A stretch of 64,000 bases of DNA from Paludibacteraceae bacterium (GCA_045531475.1 JAZSEB010000024.1:88017-152016); one strand, 5' to 3'. Positions 27,680 to 37,448 are shown, counted from the stretch's first letter. Numbers and translations: made by a program. Notes: a model not told the origin generated them from the sequence alone.

Positions 27680-28828
27680 TTAAGGGTTTGGAAGTTTTCT
27701 ATAATAGACGAACTCTTTGTCTGATTCTAATTCAGGATGAAAAATCTTGATTAAATCGCGCAGAACGATATCAGGATGTACCACACCTGATTCCCAATAA
27801 TCGTTGCCTCCACCTAGTACTCTGCGTTTGTCGCAATTGTACACTTCGCCGAGTTGTACGCAAGGCATTTTGGAAAACTTAGGGAATTGACGACACAAAT
27901 CGTCTACGGAATTGACATTGCCCACATTGATCCACACATCGGCTTGGGCTGTCAGTAATGCCGCCTCCTCCATATCGATTGGCAAAGAGTGGTTAGAGGT
28001 GTTTTTCTTATAAATATAATCGCCTCCTGCATCTGCAATCAGTCGTGCTACATAGCTGGTGGCGGAAGCCATAAACCACGAGTCGGCGTATGGTGTGTTG
28101 ATCATTACTTTGGGAGTAGGAGTTTGGGCTGAAGCGGCTAAAGACTTAAGATGCTCGTAGCGTTTTGGCACTTCAGAAAAATAGGTGATGCCGTGCTTTC
28201 GGCAACCAACAATCTCAGCAATGGCAATAAGCCATTCGGTCTTTCCTAATGGATCTTCTTCTACATACTCGCCAATATACATATACGGAATACCTAATTC
28301 ATCGAGTTTAGACTCCATGACACATGCACCCGTTACACCAAAGAGAAGTACAATATCAGGTTGTTGCGCCACGAGAAGTTCGAAATTCATATTGCCGTCA
28401 TACCCCACATCAGGGATAATATGTTGATTAGCCACAATATAGGGGTTGGTGATAAAATCCTTGCCCGACACACCCACTACGCTCTCTACAGCTCCTATGG
28501 CATCAAGCATAGCAATATGGGTGGACGACATACATACCACTCGCTCAGCATCGCCTTGCAGCACTTGACCATGGAAACCATCGGGCACTTTCTCGTCTCC
28601 ACGAGCGATAAAGAGCATTGTTTCCACATCGTTGGCACTTTGCCACGGATTAGTCACTCGGATGATGGTACTCTGTTTACCTTCTGCACCGACAATGCGA
28701 AAGCCTGTTGCATATGTGGGGGTATAAACCTCTAAGTTGTAATCATCAATATTGCTAGATGAAGTGCACGAACATATGCACCACACGATGGCGCTTAGAA
28801 TTAATGTATGTATGTATTGCTTTTTCAT
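27680..28828 (-). CDS. btuF: Periplasmic binding lipoprotein (BtuF / TroA-like cluster A)
   Basis: Lipobox ICSC. Lies between the permease and the surface lipoproteins in a riboswitch-controlled operon. Confidence 0.7.
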   Translation of the reverse strand: MKKQYIHTLILSAIVWCICSCTSSSNIDDYNLEVYTPTYATGFRIVGAEGKQSTIIRVTNPWQSANDVETMLFIARGDEKVPDGFHGQVLQGDAERVVCMSSTHIAMLDAIGAVESVVGVSGKDFITNPYIVANQHIIPDVGYDGNMNFELLVAQQPDIVLLFGVTGACVMESKLDELGIPYMYIGEYVEEDPLGKTEWLIAIAEIVGCRKHGITYFSEVPKRYEHLKSLAASAQTPTPKVMINTPYADSWFMASATSYVARLIADAGGDYIYKKNTSNHSLPIDMEEAALLTAQADVWINVGNVNSVDDLCRQFPKFSKMPCVQLGEVYNCDKRRVLGGGNDYWESGVVHPDIVLRDLIKIFHPELESDKEFVYYRKLPNP

Positions 28829-28836
28829 AAGAAGGG

Positions 28837-30063
28837 TTATTCCTCTATATTCAAGTCACGCGCATGGGAAATCTCAGTAGAAATCTCGCCTATCCAACCA
28901 CATTGTTGGTGTACACCCGTATAGACACGAACGAAGTCAGCACAAGGTAAGTTGGCTGGCTCGCCGTTGGCGGTAACTGCCCAAGCAATATCAAACGAAC
29001 AGTAGCTGATACTATCATTAGGATGACTGTCAGCATAGCCATAATCGTATGCAGTTTGCACCCACATATTGCCTTTCCCGCTCTTGTCCACAGCATTGTC
29101 GGGCAAGCGTGTACCGTAGAAAGTAAGCGTAGAATCGGTGAGCCAAAGGGGGAAATAGTCTTGTGAGTGGAAAGTGTTCTTGTGTACATACCCCTGCTCA
29201 CCTTGATTATTCTTCCATAGTATGTATGTGGTGTCAGAGAGTGAGTTTTTCATGTCTGCTTGTGGTGTATGCTCGGCAGGTGTACGATGGTAGGTAAGAG
29301 CATATTGGTGGATTGTAGCAGGATTGGTATATTCACTACCTGCGAGTTCATAGAACGGATCATCAGGCAATCCATTTTGATTCACATCTATACTGACCAT
29401 CACAATTCCAGGTTCACTGCTGCCATTCTTATTACTAGTCGAAGAATAGAAGGCATTGCCTTCTATAATAAAGTCAGGTAAATTAGGTATATTTACCACC
29501 GAGTGATCAAACCCAAAAGTGACATATCCTCCCCAACCACCGAGTGAAATTAGACTGCGGTTAGTGCCAGCAATGGCTTCTTCAGCCTTGCGAAGCATGG
29601 TTTGATAGGTGTCGCCTTCTTCGTATTCTGGCATGGTATTGATAAACTGCCCAGGGGCAGGATTATATTCCAGTACATGAGAAATATAAGGAGAATAGGC
29701 CACTTCTTCATCAAAAACGACCACTTTAAAGGAATGGCTTACTGGGTTTACTGCATCATGTATTTCTAATTGCATATGATATGTTCCCGCTTCGGATTGG
29801 CAAAAAATGAGATCGCGCTCTGTGCTAATCACCTTATCATCCAATCGCCAACAATAATCCTCACCATCATATTCTGGGTGTAGGATGAGCGTGCGCATGC
29901 GTTCAACGGTATAGGTATCATCTATACCGAGATTAACCATAGGTATGTCTGGCTCGCAACTAACGATAGACAAAACACATATGAGCAGGGATATCACCCG
30001 TGCGAACACTCCATTTGCGTTTGCCTTCACGCGAGTAACAATGGAGTTGACCGCTTGAGACAT
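28837..30063 (-). CDS. Hypothetical surface lipoprotein of the B12 locus; the start is uncertain (ATG at 30063 or GTG at 30030)
   Basis: Lipobox LSIVSC. The long track ORF overlaps the upstream gene by 245 nt, so a later start is likelier. No family recognised; its position matches accessory B12-binding lipoproteins of Bacteroides btu loci. Confidence 0.5.
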   Translation of the reverse strand: MSQAVNSIVTRVKANANGVFARVISLLICVLSIVSCEPDIPMVNLGIDDTYTVERMRTLILHPEYDGEDYCWRLDDKVISTERDLIFCQSEAGTYHMQLEIHDAVNPVSHSFKVVVFDEEVAYSPYISHVLEYNPAPGQFINTMPEYEEGDTYQTMLRKAEEAIAGTNRSLISLGGWGGYVTFGFDHSVVNIPNLPDFIIEGNAFYSSTSNKNGSSEPGIVMVSIDVNQNGLPDDPFYELAGSEYTNPATIHQYALTYHRTPAEHTPQADMKNSLSDTTYILWKNNQGEQGYVHKNTFHSQDYFPLWLTDSTLTFYGTRLPDNAVDKSGKGNMWVQTAYDYGYADSHPNDSISYCSFDIAWAVTANGEPANLPCADFVRVYTGVHQQCGWIGEISTEISHARDLNIEE

Positions 30064-31132
30064 AGTTTTTTGCATCTGTAACATATATATCACCATTATA
30101 AGGATTGACTTGTATACCATATGGAATCTTAATCTCTTGTTCCGTTCCGTCTGTAATAAAATGTTCGGAAACGAGTGTTTGTTTTCGGATGTCAAAAATG
30201 CCATATGTTATTTGATTTGACATAGTCTGTTCGCTCCAATGTGTTCCATAAAAATACATACTATCACCACAAATTACCATCTCTGAAACAGCTGGTGCTT
30301 TAGCCATGGGCAATATTTCTTTGGATATGAGTGAGAAGCATGTAAGTATAGGTTGAAAGTCTTTATAATCTCCGCGAGATGTAATCCACAACTGACTATA
30401 TTGGTCTTGACGCATGCGGTGAGGATTGAGGCATACGGGTATTTTTTGTACTTGACGGAAATCTTTGAGCGAAACAACTGACATAGTGGAATCATAGTTG
30501 GGCGCTCTATATCCTCCTGAGTTAACTACGTATAGATATTCTCCATTAATCACTAATTCCTCGGGTTGATAGCCAACGGTCACTTTGCGAGTAATTTGCA
30601 ACGTGGCAGTATCAATCTCAAATATCGCACCTAACTGAGCATTCGGATCAATGCTCACTGGCCCAACGTACGAACTAACATATACTTTCCCCTCGTGAAA
30701 ACAGATGTATCGGCAATTAGGAATGTCCACTTGACCAATTCTGCGACAAGTACGGGCGTCCATCACCTCCACTTTGTGCGAGCAGTTGATGACTGCATAA
30801 AGTCGGTTGCCATAGACTTGAATGTCATTGCCCACATCGCCTAACTCCTTTATTACATTCGGATTGCGCTCGCCATAGATATTACGGATATAACAACCAT
30901 TGCAGAAATCAAGGTAGTCAATAGTAGCTTTGTTGCTGCCCATATTGCCTTCGTTGAGCAGGTACATACCAATGGGCTCGTTAGGTGCAAAACTGCTTAA
31001 TTCTCTCGGTTCCATTGGCAAAACCTCATACTCCGCAGGGAAGGTAATCTCCTCGCTACGACAACCCATTAGACCAATAGCCAATAGCCAATATCCAAGA
31101 ATCCAAATCAATATGCTATACTTACCGTACAT
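29960..31132 (-). CDS. Beta-propeller surface lipoprotein (YncE-like / BtuG-like)
   Basis: Lipobox LMGC. Repeated ..LYVVNSGG.. and ..IYVTDAKNY.. propeller-blade motifs. Lies immediately downstream of btuB, as BtuG does in Bacteroides. Confidence 0.6.
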   Translation of the reverse strand: MYGKYSILIWILGYWLLAIGLMGCRSEEITFPAEYEVLPMEPRELSSFAPNEPIGMYLLNEGNMGSNKATIDYLDFCNGCYIRNIYGERNPNVIKELGDVGNDIQVYGNRLYAVINCSHKVEVMDARTCRRIGQVDIPNCRYICFHEGKVYVSSYVGPVSIDPNAQLGAIFEIDTATLQITRKVTVGYQPEELVINGEYLYVVNSGGYRAPNYDSTMSVVSLKDFRQVQKIPVCLNPHRMRQDQYSQLWITSRGDYKDFQPILTCFSLISKEILPMAKAPAVSEMVICGDSMYFYGTHWSEQTMSNQITYGIFDIRKQTLVSEHFITDGTEQEIKIPYGIQVNPYNGDIYVTDAKNYVSSGQLHCYSREGKRKWSVRTGDIPAHMCFVYR

Positions 31133-33207
31133 TTATAATTTCGTTTTGGCATTGGATAGTTGAGAATCACATCATAATCTTGTGATAGCAGATTATTCAC
31201 ATCAAGTGCCACGCGCAGCGTAAATAATCTCCTACTTTTAACCTCTGCCCTTTCAGCATTAACTTTACATATATCCCATTCGCCGAATAAACTAAGGTCG
31301 TGCGTATACCATGGTTGGGTATAATTATACAAAATATTCTCTTGTTGGTTATAACGTTCGCCAACGTAAATGAAACTATAGTTCAGTCCATACTGCATCC
31401 AATCATTTTGCCAACCAAACATACCTACTGCACTTCCCGAATGCCATGGGATATAAGGAATCTGGTCGCCATAATAGGTGTCGTTAGGGTCGGTAACATC
31501 GATAGCCGTTTGATAGGTGTATTGCATTTTGGCGGTGAGATAGAAGTCCATCGGCAACACAAAATGCAATTGTGCATTCACATCTAAACCATTTATTTTT
31601 ACTAGTCCAAGATTGAGCATCGTCCAACGGAATTGTTGCCCTTTTGGATATGCGATAATCTTATCGGATATACGGTTGTAGTAGTAATCAGCATTGATGC
31701 GAAACTCCGAACCGCGCTTCTCTGCCATGCGGAATGGCTGTGTGAAACTCAAACCCACGTTATGTTGTTTTGCCAATTCGGGCTTGAGATAAGCATTGCC
31801 CATGTCTGTATAGTAAAGATCGTTGAAAGTGGGATAACGGTAACTCTGTTTGTAGAATGCATTTAATCGAAGATCAATGAGTTGTGTAGGGCGATAAGAT
31901 AGGAAGAATGCAGGTGTCCACTTTGCTTCGTGTGTATTATTTTTTGCTGCAGGCTGATTGGTCTTGCTCTTTGAAGTAGGTTGTTGATCATTTACAAATG
32001 TTCCAAGCACACTAGCCTGTATCCGCAAATAATTTTTCACGTTAATAGCAGTAGCTGCACTTAGCCAATGTGTCCATCGGTGAGTTGACAAGAACATGCT
32101 AAGTTGGTTATATTGTATATCGTATGCTGCACTCACATCCCACCAGTCAAAAATACATACCTTATGTGACATAGTAAAATAGAACTCTTGTTGTAGGTAT
32201 TGATTTTCCACTCGAATGAGTTTATCGTCATTGTTGATATATCGTGTATAATCATTAGCATACTTCATGTTTGCTCGCACGGACCAACGATTGTATAATT
32301 CATCCTGCCATGTAACTTGTACAAAGGAGTTGCGATCCCACAAACGCTCACCATTGCGCCACACATTATTTACAATTGCACCAGGTACTCCTCGCTCTGA
32401 GTTGTAGTGATATAATTGTAGTTTCCAAAATCCAGTATTACTATAGTAATGATTGAGTGCTGTTTCCACTCGAATAGCATTAATATCACCGTTCTGGCGA
32501 ATGGCTGTGGTATCATATGCCACCTCACCTGATGGTGTAACTCGCCTATAACGGAAAGGATATTTGCCGTCGGAAGAAATGAGTTCCGCGTTTGCAGTGA
32601 GTGACATTGTTTCACTTAAACGAATATCGAATAATACACTTGGGTTAATGAGCGCAAAACTTCCAGCGCGCATTTGTGCTTTCACGTTAAAAGATTTTTC
32701 CCCTTCGAAGCGTGGTCGGCGGGTAGTTAAATAAATACTTCCTGCTGCGCCAAACTCGCGAGCAGATTGCCAAATGTCTGACTTTTGTCCATTGTATAAT
32801 TGAATTTCTTCAATGTTCTCAAGAGAATATTTTCCAAGGTCAATCTGTCCGTTTTGTGCATTGCCAAGCTGTACACCATTGTAATATACGCCCATGTGGT
32901 TAGTACCCATACTGCGGATATTTACTGTCTTCAATCCACCTACTCCTCCATAATCTTTGATTTGAACACCAGAGAAATAGCGAATGGCGTCGGCTACACT
33001 GAGGGCATTCATTTTCTTGAGTTGTACGCCCGCAAGTGTCTGAGGGATAATGATATCCTTTTCTTTGACGCGGGCGGTAATAGTGTATTCCTCCAACTCT
33101 AAGTGGCGATAAATGGAATCAAGATACAACGAATCGGCGGCATTGTTTTGAGAGAATGCTGCCAAGCACGAGAGTGCGAAAAGCCATATGAGAAACCGTC
33201 TGTTCAT
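31108..33207 (-). CDS. btuB: TonB-dependent outer-membrane receptor for cobalamin
   Basis: 699 aa with a signal peptide, plug-domain motifs (..AIRYFSGVQI.., NIRSMG) and a C-terminal aromatic (..TVSIAY). Directly preceded by cobalamin riboswitch 2. Confidence 0.85.
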   Translation of the reverse strand: MNRRFLIWLFALSCLAAFSQNNAADSLYLDSIYRHLELEEYTITARVKEKDIIIPQTLAGVQLKKMNALSVADAIRYFSGVQIKDYGGVGGLKTVNIRSMGTNHMGVYYNGVQLGNAQNGQIDLGKYSLENIEEIQLYNGQKSDIWQSAREFGAAGSIYLTTRRPRFEGEKSFNVKAQMRAGSFALINPSVLFDIRLSETMSLTANAELISSDGKYPFRYRRVTPSGEVAYDTTAIRQNGDINAIRVETALNHYYSNTGFWKLQLYHYNSERGVPGAIVNNVWRNGERLWDRNSFVQVTWQDELYNRWSVRANMKYANDYTRYINNDDKLIRVENQYLQQEFYFTMSHKVCIFDWWDVSAAYDIQYNQLSMFLSTHRWTHWLSAATAINVKNYLRIQASVLGTFVNDQQPTSKSKTNQPAAKNNTHEAKWTPAFFLSYRPTQLIDLRLNAFYKQSYRYPTFNDLYYTDMGNAYLKPELAKQHNVGLSFTQPFRMAEKRGSEFRINADYYYNRISDKIIAYPKGQQFRWTMLNLGLVKINGLDVNAQLHFVLPMDFYLTAKMQYTYQTAIDVTDPNDTYYGDQIPYIPWHSGSAVGMFGWQNDWMQYGLNYSFIYVGERYNQQENILYNYTQPWYTHDLSLFGEWDICKVNAERAEVKSRRLFTLRVALDVNNLLSQDYDVILNYPMPKRNYKCTVSIAY

Positions 33208-33209
33208 GT

Positions 33210-33400
33210 CTTAAGCCCTATACCACGAGAGCGTTCAACAAATGCATGTAGCAGGTCTTCTGACTTATCGCTCCTTTTGTTCGGCCTTCCCACCTTAGAG
33301 GCAGTGACCTAAGAGATAGTGAACATCGGATTGCGAATCACAGCAGCGGGTCTGTGCAGGATTTTCACCTGCTTCCCTTAGCGGGTCCCCGACGAGCCTC
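33210..33400 (-). promoter_or_regulatory. Cobalamin (B12) riboswitch 2
   Basis: Minus strand reads ..AAGGGAAGCAGGTGAAAATCCTGCACAGACCCGCTGCTGTGA..GTCACTGCC..GGGAAGGCC..GATAAGTCAGAAGACCTGC. The btuB ATG lies about 45 nt after the B12 box. Confidence 0.9.
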
Positions 33401-33437
33401 GTGGGCGAGGGGGGGTGCTCTTTAACTAAATGCGGTG

Positions 33438-33445
33438 CAAAGGTA
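33438..33445 (-). promoter_or_regulatory. -7 promoter box (TACCTTTG) driving riboswitch 2 and the btu operon
   Basis: Exact motif, with a TTTG -33 element 20 nt upstream. Confidence 0.6.
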
Positions 33446-33495
33446 GTGTAAAAAAATGAGATGTGCAAATTTTTGTACTTTTTTTTGAAAAATAC

Positions 33496-34470
33496 TTATA
33501 AGTTACATTCCTGACACATAGGAATGTGGTGATTCTCATGCAAAACGATACGACGAAAGGCATTTGCTTTTTTGCCATGCCAAATATCAATTAGAGAATG
33601 TTGTTTTAATGAACCATAGGTGTAACGGCTACTTTTGTCATAACAGCAGGGGAGGACTTCGCCTGTTGTGGTAATCACACATCCTGACCAAAGGCGATAG
33701 CATGGAGTGTTGGGCCAGTGACGACGTAACCAAGAACGATAAAGATAATACCTACCATCTGCTGCTTGTTGATAACGCGAGTACTTAGATTGACTAGGCA
33801 TAAGTGGATGTCCATGCTGATAATCATGCAGTTGTGCTGTCTTAAAGACTAGGCGTGTGGCACCTAATTGCTTATAATGCTGACGTACCCATTTCCACTC
33901 ATGTTCGTTGGTTTTAAGACGTAGTACTTGTAGTTCGATGCAAATAGATGATTTTAGTTCTTTTTTTGCCTGATGGAAAAAGTATAGCCCATCCAAAGCT
34001 TTCTGCAAGTCTCCTCCTATACGATAGGCAGAGTAGGATTCTTCTGAAAATCCATCAATTGATACAATAATGCGGTGCAGTCCACTCCGTACGAGTTGGA
34101 ATGCCAACTCCTTGGTAAGTGCTTGAGCATTAGTAGAAACAATGGTGAATAACCCCGAGTCATGGGCTTGAGCAATCATCTCTGGCAGTAGCGGATTCAG
34201 AAGTGGCTCGCCCTGAAAATAAAACTGAATAGTGGTAGCTGTATCTTTTACTTGATCAAGAACCAACTGGTAGGTTTCCAAAGATAGATTGTTGGCATGT
34301 CGTATTTCATGATTAGTTGCACGTTGTCCAACAGGGCACTCTGGGCATCGCAGTTGGCAATAATTAGCGGGTTCTACGCTAATGAATGTAGGCAAATGGC
34401 GTACACGAACAATACCCACTAGCGAGAGTAGGTAACTAAACCAACAACGCAGATGATTGATCAACCGCAT
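33496..34470 (-). CDS. Radical SAM protein with a Cys-rich (SPASM/twitch-like) C-terminus
   Basis: CQLRCPEC (CxxxCxxC) near the N-terminus. C-terminal ..PCCYDK..MCQECNL. Confidence 0.75.
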   Translation of the reverse strand: MRLINHLRCWFSYLLSLVGIVRVRHLPTFISVEPANYCQLRCPECPVGQRATNHEIRHANNLSLETYQLVLDQVKDTATTIQFYFQGEPLLNPLLPEMIAQAHDSGLFTIVSTNAQALTKELAFQLVRSGLHRIIVSIDGFSEESYSAYRIGGDLQKALDGLYFFHQAKKELKSSICIELQVLRLKTNEHEWKWVRQHYKQLGATRLVFKTAQLHDYQHGHPLMPSQSKYSRYQQAADGRYYLYRSWLRRHWPNTPCYRLWSGCVITTTGEVLPCCYDKSSRYTYGSLKQHSLIDIWHGKKANAFRRIVLHENHHIPMCQECNL

Positions 34471-34498
34471 GCAGAGAAATAGATTTTACTACCGAGGT

Positions 34499-34942
34499 TT
34501 ATGCTTGAACTGGAATCTTATTGATTCGGCGCTCGTGACGACCACCTTCAAACTCAGTAGTGAGGAAGATTTTTATAAGTTCTATGGCTTTTTCAGCACT
34601 GATATAATTGGCGGGTAAACCAATAATATTAGCATTGTTGTGCTCACGTGCCAAGCGAGCCAATGGCTCTTCCCAGCACAGGGCAGCACGAATACCCTGA
34701 TGGTGGTTGCAGGTCATGGTGATTCCATTGCCAGTAGAGCAGATGGCAATGCCCATATCGTTGGTACCATCTTCTACGGAAGCTGCCATAGGATGCGCGA
34801 AATCAGGATAGTCGCAACTATCGGTAGAAGGACAGCCATAGTCTGTTACTACTATGCCTTGCTCATGGAGCCAAGCTATAACGGTTTGTTTTAGAGCAAA
34901 GCCTGCGTGGTCAGAGGCGATGCCGATTTTGAGATTTTTCAT
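34499..34942 (-). CDS. rpiB: Ribose-5-phosphate isomerase B
   Basis: 147 aa. KIGIASDHAGF, CSTGNGI, ARLAREHNNANI motifs. Confidence 0.9.
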   Translation of the reverse strand: MKNLKIGIASDHAGFALKQTVIAWLHEQGIVVTDYGCPSTDSCDYPDFAHPMAASVEDGTNDMGIAICSTGNGITMTCNHHQGIRAALCWEEPLARLAREHNNANIIGLPANYISAEKAIELIKIFLTTEFEGGRHERRINKIPVQA

Positions 34943-34948
34943 ATGATG

Positions 34949-35611
34949 TTATTCAATGTTATACGGGCAGGAGAGTTGACACTCCAAGCAGTGGTGAGTG
35001 GTATATGCTATGCACTGTGTGGCATCCCATTGTGGGTGGCGTAATGCACCAGTGGGGCATGCGTCAATACAAATCTGGCAGTCGGCACACGGCTGACTCT
35101 GCGGATGTTGGGTGTCAGATAGTGGCACTACTTTGTTTATCACAATCTCGCCAGGGTGAACGAAACTACCCAATCTAGGGTGGATCAGTTGGTGATTCTT
35201 GCCAATAAATCCCAAGCCTGCTTCCACGCACCATCGCCTTTCTAATAAAGGGGCAGAGTCGCAAAAAATATGTTGATGAGTCTGCGATACAATATCTTCT
35301 CCATATGCCTCCTTCAATTTCGCTTCTAAGGTATAGAGCAACGATTTCACGCGTCGATGGTAATCTCTACCCGAGTTATCATAGGTGAGTAGACAAACAA
35401 TCACCATTTTTGCGCCAGGCACCAATACGGAGGGATCATAACGTTTGTCGCAATTACGCTCCAGATAAGTCATGTCTCCATGCAATCCTTGGGCCACCCA
35501 TTGGCTCATGAATTTGGCATCCTCTTCAAGAAAACGAACTGGGGCGATGCCGCAAGCATCAAACCCAACCTCAGAAGCTAATTTACAGATATTTTCTAAT
35601 GTCGGCGTCAA
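34949..35611 (-). CDS. queG: Epoxyqueuosine reductase, short form
   Basis: GLHGDMTYLERN, two ferredoxin-type clusters (CADCQICIDACPTGAL and CLECQLSCPYN). At 220 aa it lacks the C-terminal HEAT-like region of longer QueG proteins. Confidence 0.65.
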   Translation of the reverse strand: MTPTLENICKLASEVGFDACGIAPVRFLEEDAKFMSQWVAQGLHGDMTYLERNCDKRYDPSVLVPGAKMVIVCLLTYDNSGRDYHRRVKSLLYTLEAKLKEAYGEDIVSQTHQHIFCDSAPLLERRWCVEAGLGFIGKNHQLIHPRLGSFVHPGEIVINKVVPLSDTQHPQSQPCADCQICIDACPTGALRHPQWDATQCIAYTTHHCLECQLSCPYNIE

Positions 35612-36650
35612 GTGCTTCGAAATCTATGTATCGTCCTTGAATATTGCCTTTTCGATCGAAGAGGAAAAGGGTAGGCAGCCCTTGTACATTGTATTGCATC
35701 AGCACCGATGCTGCTGTATTCTGGTCTGCGCGTACGGTGGTCCATGGTAGATTTTCTACCGTCTGTTCCCACAAAAATTGATTGCGATCCAAGGATACAG
35801 AATAAATCTCTAGACCACGTTTATTGTAGCGGTTGTATAATTCGCGTAATTCAAAATTGTAACCTACCGACTGCTCCATCTCCGATGAAGAAAAGTCTAG
35901 GATGATTACGGAGCCACGCAAATCAGACAAGGATTGCAAATCGCCCTGTTCATCGGGCAAAGTGATGTCCAAAAATGAGTTTTCTGCTTTATCAATGAAA
36001 TCGCGCATAGCTTGTTGGTTCTTGATGTTACGTTCTGCTTGAAGTACGTCTTTCACTTGATTGCACAGCACTTTAGTGCGCTCGTAGTTTGGCATCCATG
36101 TTTGGAAAGAGGTAGCCACTGCTTGATACATACGACGGTCTGCGGGATCAAGAATGTTCCAGATATATTCTCCTCCTTGTTTCAAAAAAACTGCGTAATA
36201 TGCTGCTAATGAGCGTGGATTACTCACAATCACCTCTTGTGCTTGTTTGCGTAATTCCTCGCGCGTAGCGGTGCGAGCTGTAGCGCGCAACTGAGACATA
36301 ATCAGCGACGCTTCACTACCTTGAATAGACAAGGTATATGGCAAACTATCGCGGGTGCTAACAACAATGATTTCCTCGATGGAATCGACAGAAAGTGGCA
36401 ACGAACGCTTGCCGATACGGAGGCGATAAAAGTCAGGATGCTCTGGAGATGGGGCATGCAATTTAAATTCGCCCTCACCATCCAATACGCACGAGTCCAA
36501 GATAGTCGTCGTGGTCAACTGAGTATGTTCCAAGTATAAGGTCTCTCCATCAGCGTGAGATATTGTACCAGATACTGAAAAACGAGGCGAAGTTTGGCAA
36601 CCTGCCAGCAGCAGGACTGCAAAAAGCAAATAAAAAGATGTACGATTCAT
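35583..36650 (-). CDS. TlpA/AhpC-like thiol-disulfide oxidoreductase-fold lipoprotein with an N-terminal beta-domain
   Basis: Lipobox LAGC and a C-terminal thioredoxin-fold region (VIILDFSS..). The canonical CxxC appears replaced (SSEME). Confidence 0.6.
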   Translation of the reverse strand: MNRTSFYLLFAVLLLAGCQTSPRFSVSGTISHADGETLYLEHTQLTTTTILDSCVLDGEGEFKLHAPSPEHPDFYRLRIGKRSLPLSVDSIEEIIVVSTRDSLPYTLSIQGSEASLIMSQLRATARTATREELRKQAQEVIVSNPRSLAAYYAVFLKQGGEYIWNILDPADRRMYQAVATSFQTWMPNYERTKVLCNQVKDVLQAERNIKNQQAMRDFIDKAENSFLDITLPDEQGDLQSLSDLRGSVIILDFSSSEMEQSVGYNFELRELYNRYNKRGLEIYSVSLDRNQFLWEQTVENLPWTTVRADQNTAASVLMQYNVQGLPTLFLFDRKGNIQGRYIDFEALDADIRKYL

Positions 36651-36670
36651 ATCAAAAATTATACTACAAA

Positions 36671-37267
36671 TTATCCAGCAAATACGGTTGCTAAATTAGC
36701 AAACATCAATTTACATGCAATGGCTAATACAATGATACCAAAGAACTTACGAAGAATATACAACGTGGTTTGTCCGATGTATTTGTTCAGCCAACCTGTT
36801 CCTGTTAACACAAGGAACAAGGCAATGGTGTTTAATGTCACAGAAATAACAAGGTTGATAATGTCATACTCAGCTGTAATAGAGAGCAGAGCTGTAAATG
36901 CACCAGGACCAGCATACATTGGAAAGGCTAACGGCACGATGCTGCCAGATCCATCCAATCCTTCATTCTTAAAAATAGACACATCTAGTACCATCTCCAT
37001 GGCCATAAGGAAGATTACGAATCCACCAGCAATGGCAAAATACTCGATTTTAACGCCAAAAAGCTTTAGAACCCACTCTCCCGCAAAGAGGAATGTAATC
37101 AAGATAACGAGAGTGGCAATACACACTCTTATCGGAGAAATCTTTACTCCTCTTTTTTGCATGTTCAGCGTTACCGGGATATTGCCAAATGGATCAATGA
37201 TGGCAAAAAGGAAAATAAACGATGATAGTACTTGCCAAATGTCGAATGTTCCAAAAAATGTATTCAT
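36671..37267 (-). CDS. MarC-family (UPF0056) integral membrane protein
   Basis: Start set at MNTFFGTFDIWQ (37267). Six TM segments; FAIIDPFGNIP motif. Confidence 0.8.
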   Translation of the reverse strand: MNTFFGTFDIWQVLSSFIFLFAIIDPFGNIPVTLNMQKRGVKISPIRVCIATLVILITFLFAGEWVLKLFGVKIEYFAIAGGFVIFLMAMEMVLDVSIFKNEGLDGSGSIVPLAFPMYAGPGAFTALLSITAEYDIINLVISVTLNTIALFLVLTGTGWLNKYIGQTTLYILRKFFGIIVLAIACKLMFANLATVFAG

Positions 37268-37312
37268 ATCAACTATTTTTTTGTTTTTTCTTTGTTCTTT
37301 CCAATCATGCTG

Positions 37313-37320
37313 CAAAGTTA
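37313..37320 (-). promoter_or_regulatory. -7 promoter box (TAACTTTG) for the MarC-family gene
   Basis: Exact motif 46 nt upstream of the ATG at 37267. Confidence 0.5.
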
Positions 37321-37393
37321 GTGCTTTTTTTGCATATATGCAACTATTTCCTCGTTTTTTATGAAAGAATATCATATAACCACCCAAACCTCA

Positions 37394-37448
37394 GTTAGTG
37401 ATTAGTTAGTGATTAGTTAGTGATTAGTTAGTGATTAGTTAGTGATTA
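37394..37448. repeat. Tandem array (GTTAGTGATTA)x5, 11-nt unit
   Basis: Five perfect units. Reverse complement of the 12761-12818 array. Sits in the divergent MarC/efp promoter region. Confidence 0.95.
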
